Source: Kiritimatiellia bacterium
Lineage (GTDB): Bacteria > Verrucomicrobiota > Kiritimatiellia > RFP12 > UBA1067
DNA length: 64,000 bases
Direction of reading: 5' to 3'
Assembly (NCBI GenBank): GCA_050949565.1
Contig: JBMNFY010000011.1
Location: 26,069 to 90,068 of the forward strand
The notes beneath the pieces were generated by a model, which worked only from the letters and a program-made list of their open reading frames with translations, did no database searches and was not told the origin of the DNA. Below, piece after piece: positions 63,457-64,000 of this stretch (position 1 is its first letter; each line of letters starts with the position of its first letter). Made by a program: the position numbers and the translations under genes.

Positions 63457-63556
63457 CAGTGCTTCGCGTCTTCGCGCCTTCGCGTGAAACACCCGAGCAG
63501 TGCTTTTACTCTCCCCCAAAAACCTCTGCGTCTCTGCGCCTCTGCGTTAAACAAAC
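63457..63556. repeat. ~100-bp composite repeat (inverted copy of 21098-21190)
   Basis: 'ccagtgcttcgcgtcttcgcgccttcgcgtgaaacacccgagcag...cccccaaaaacctctgcgtctctgcgcctctgcgttaaacaaac' compared with the reverse complement of 21098-21190. Confidence 0.88.
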
Positions 63557-63591
63557 CCGAGCAGCGCAAAACAAACTCATGCACTAATGAA

Positions 63592-64000
63592 CTACCGATC
63601 CGACTCCCACTTCTCCAGCCACACGCATCGGTTACCGGGGCCGAACGCCTCAAGGAACGCGGGGGTATTTGTGTCGCACATGCGGTCACGCACAGGCACC
63701 TCCGTGATTTTACCGAACACGCCACCCGTCCGCTCGATGAAGACATTCCCGTCCAGACGCGGCATAGATGAAGACCCGTCGAGGTTTTTGAGCCCGCTCC
63801 CCACATCCATCAAACGGTCAATCGAGTGGCAGATCACGTTATTGCGTATCACGTAGTTGAACGCCCGGTTGCGCTCAGCGTGGAACCACCCCTTCACGTG
63901 CGCCGCGCAACCGCGATCCGCACGCTGTTCGCTGAAGCCCACGCCCGCGTTCATCATGAGATTGTTCGCGTAAAGGATGTTCTCCATACGGCTCGGGTTA
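63592..64000 (-). CDS. C-terminal part of a beta-helix-like protein (5' end outside the window)
   Basis: Stop at 63592-63594 and the frame is open to the window end. 'YVIRNNVICHSIDRLMDVGSG' and 'LDGNVFIE' resemble the parallel beta-helix coils of 49608-51716. Confidence 0.55.
   Translation of the reverse strand, partial: NPSRMENILYANNLMMNAGVGFSEQRADRGCAAHVKGWFHAERNRAFNYVIRNNVICHSIDRLMDVGSGLKNLDGSSSMPRLDGNVFIERTGGVFGKITEVPVRDRMCDTNTPAFLEAFGPGNRCVWLEKWESDR

Overview
High-GC bacterial chromosomal segment; hand counts on typical 60-nt lines give 60-68% GC. It is densely coding, mostly on the minus strand. Gene content suggests a polysaccharide-degrading member of the PVC superphylum (Verrucomicrobiota, Kiritimatiellota or Lentisphaerota-like). 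This placement is an inference from a PEP-CTERM protein, autotransporter-type beta-strand repeats, DUF1080 domains, Tat-signal Gfo/Idh/MocA and GH109-like enzymes, LamG and beta-helix exoproteins, and characteristic hairpin repeats. Housekeeping genes I recognise: rpoZ, smpB, tatA, purD, purE, der, a ClC channel, ogt, leuS, GTP-PEPCK and uppP. Accessory content: (i) a two-gene AAA-ATPase + RloB (AbiLi/AbiLii-like, OLD/PARIS-style ATPase + Toprim-like) candidate anti-phage module at 30485-32564, partly AT-richer and wedged between carbohydrate genes; (ii) a low-GC NERD + Zn-ribbon nuclease gene at 12411-13283; (iii) a mazEF cassette bracketed by perfect 37-bp direct repeats; (iv) a 5-gene operon of four exported proteins (one PEP-CTERM) followed by a 1099-aa polytopic TPR membrane protein; (v) a non-canonical isomerase/kinase/aldolase cluster (lipoprotein D-lyxose-isomerase-like cupin, VOC, DhaK, DhaL, LsrF-like aldolase); (vi) a 2240-aa exoprotein with two FAD domains; (vii) several glycoside-hydrolase-like exoproteins. 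Nearly every longer intergenic spacer is built from a small vocabulary of recurring short tandem modules and GC-rich hairpins, including one 101-bp MITE-like element with 20-bp terminal inverted repeats. One ABC exporter gene carries a 1-nt frameshift. I saw no rRNA, tRNA, tmRNA, CRISPR array, integrase or transposase. All functional calls rest on motif recognition by eye, not database searches.
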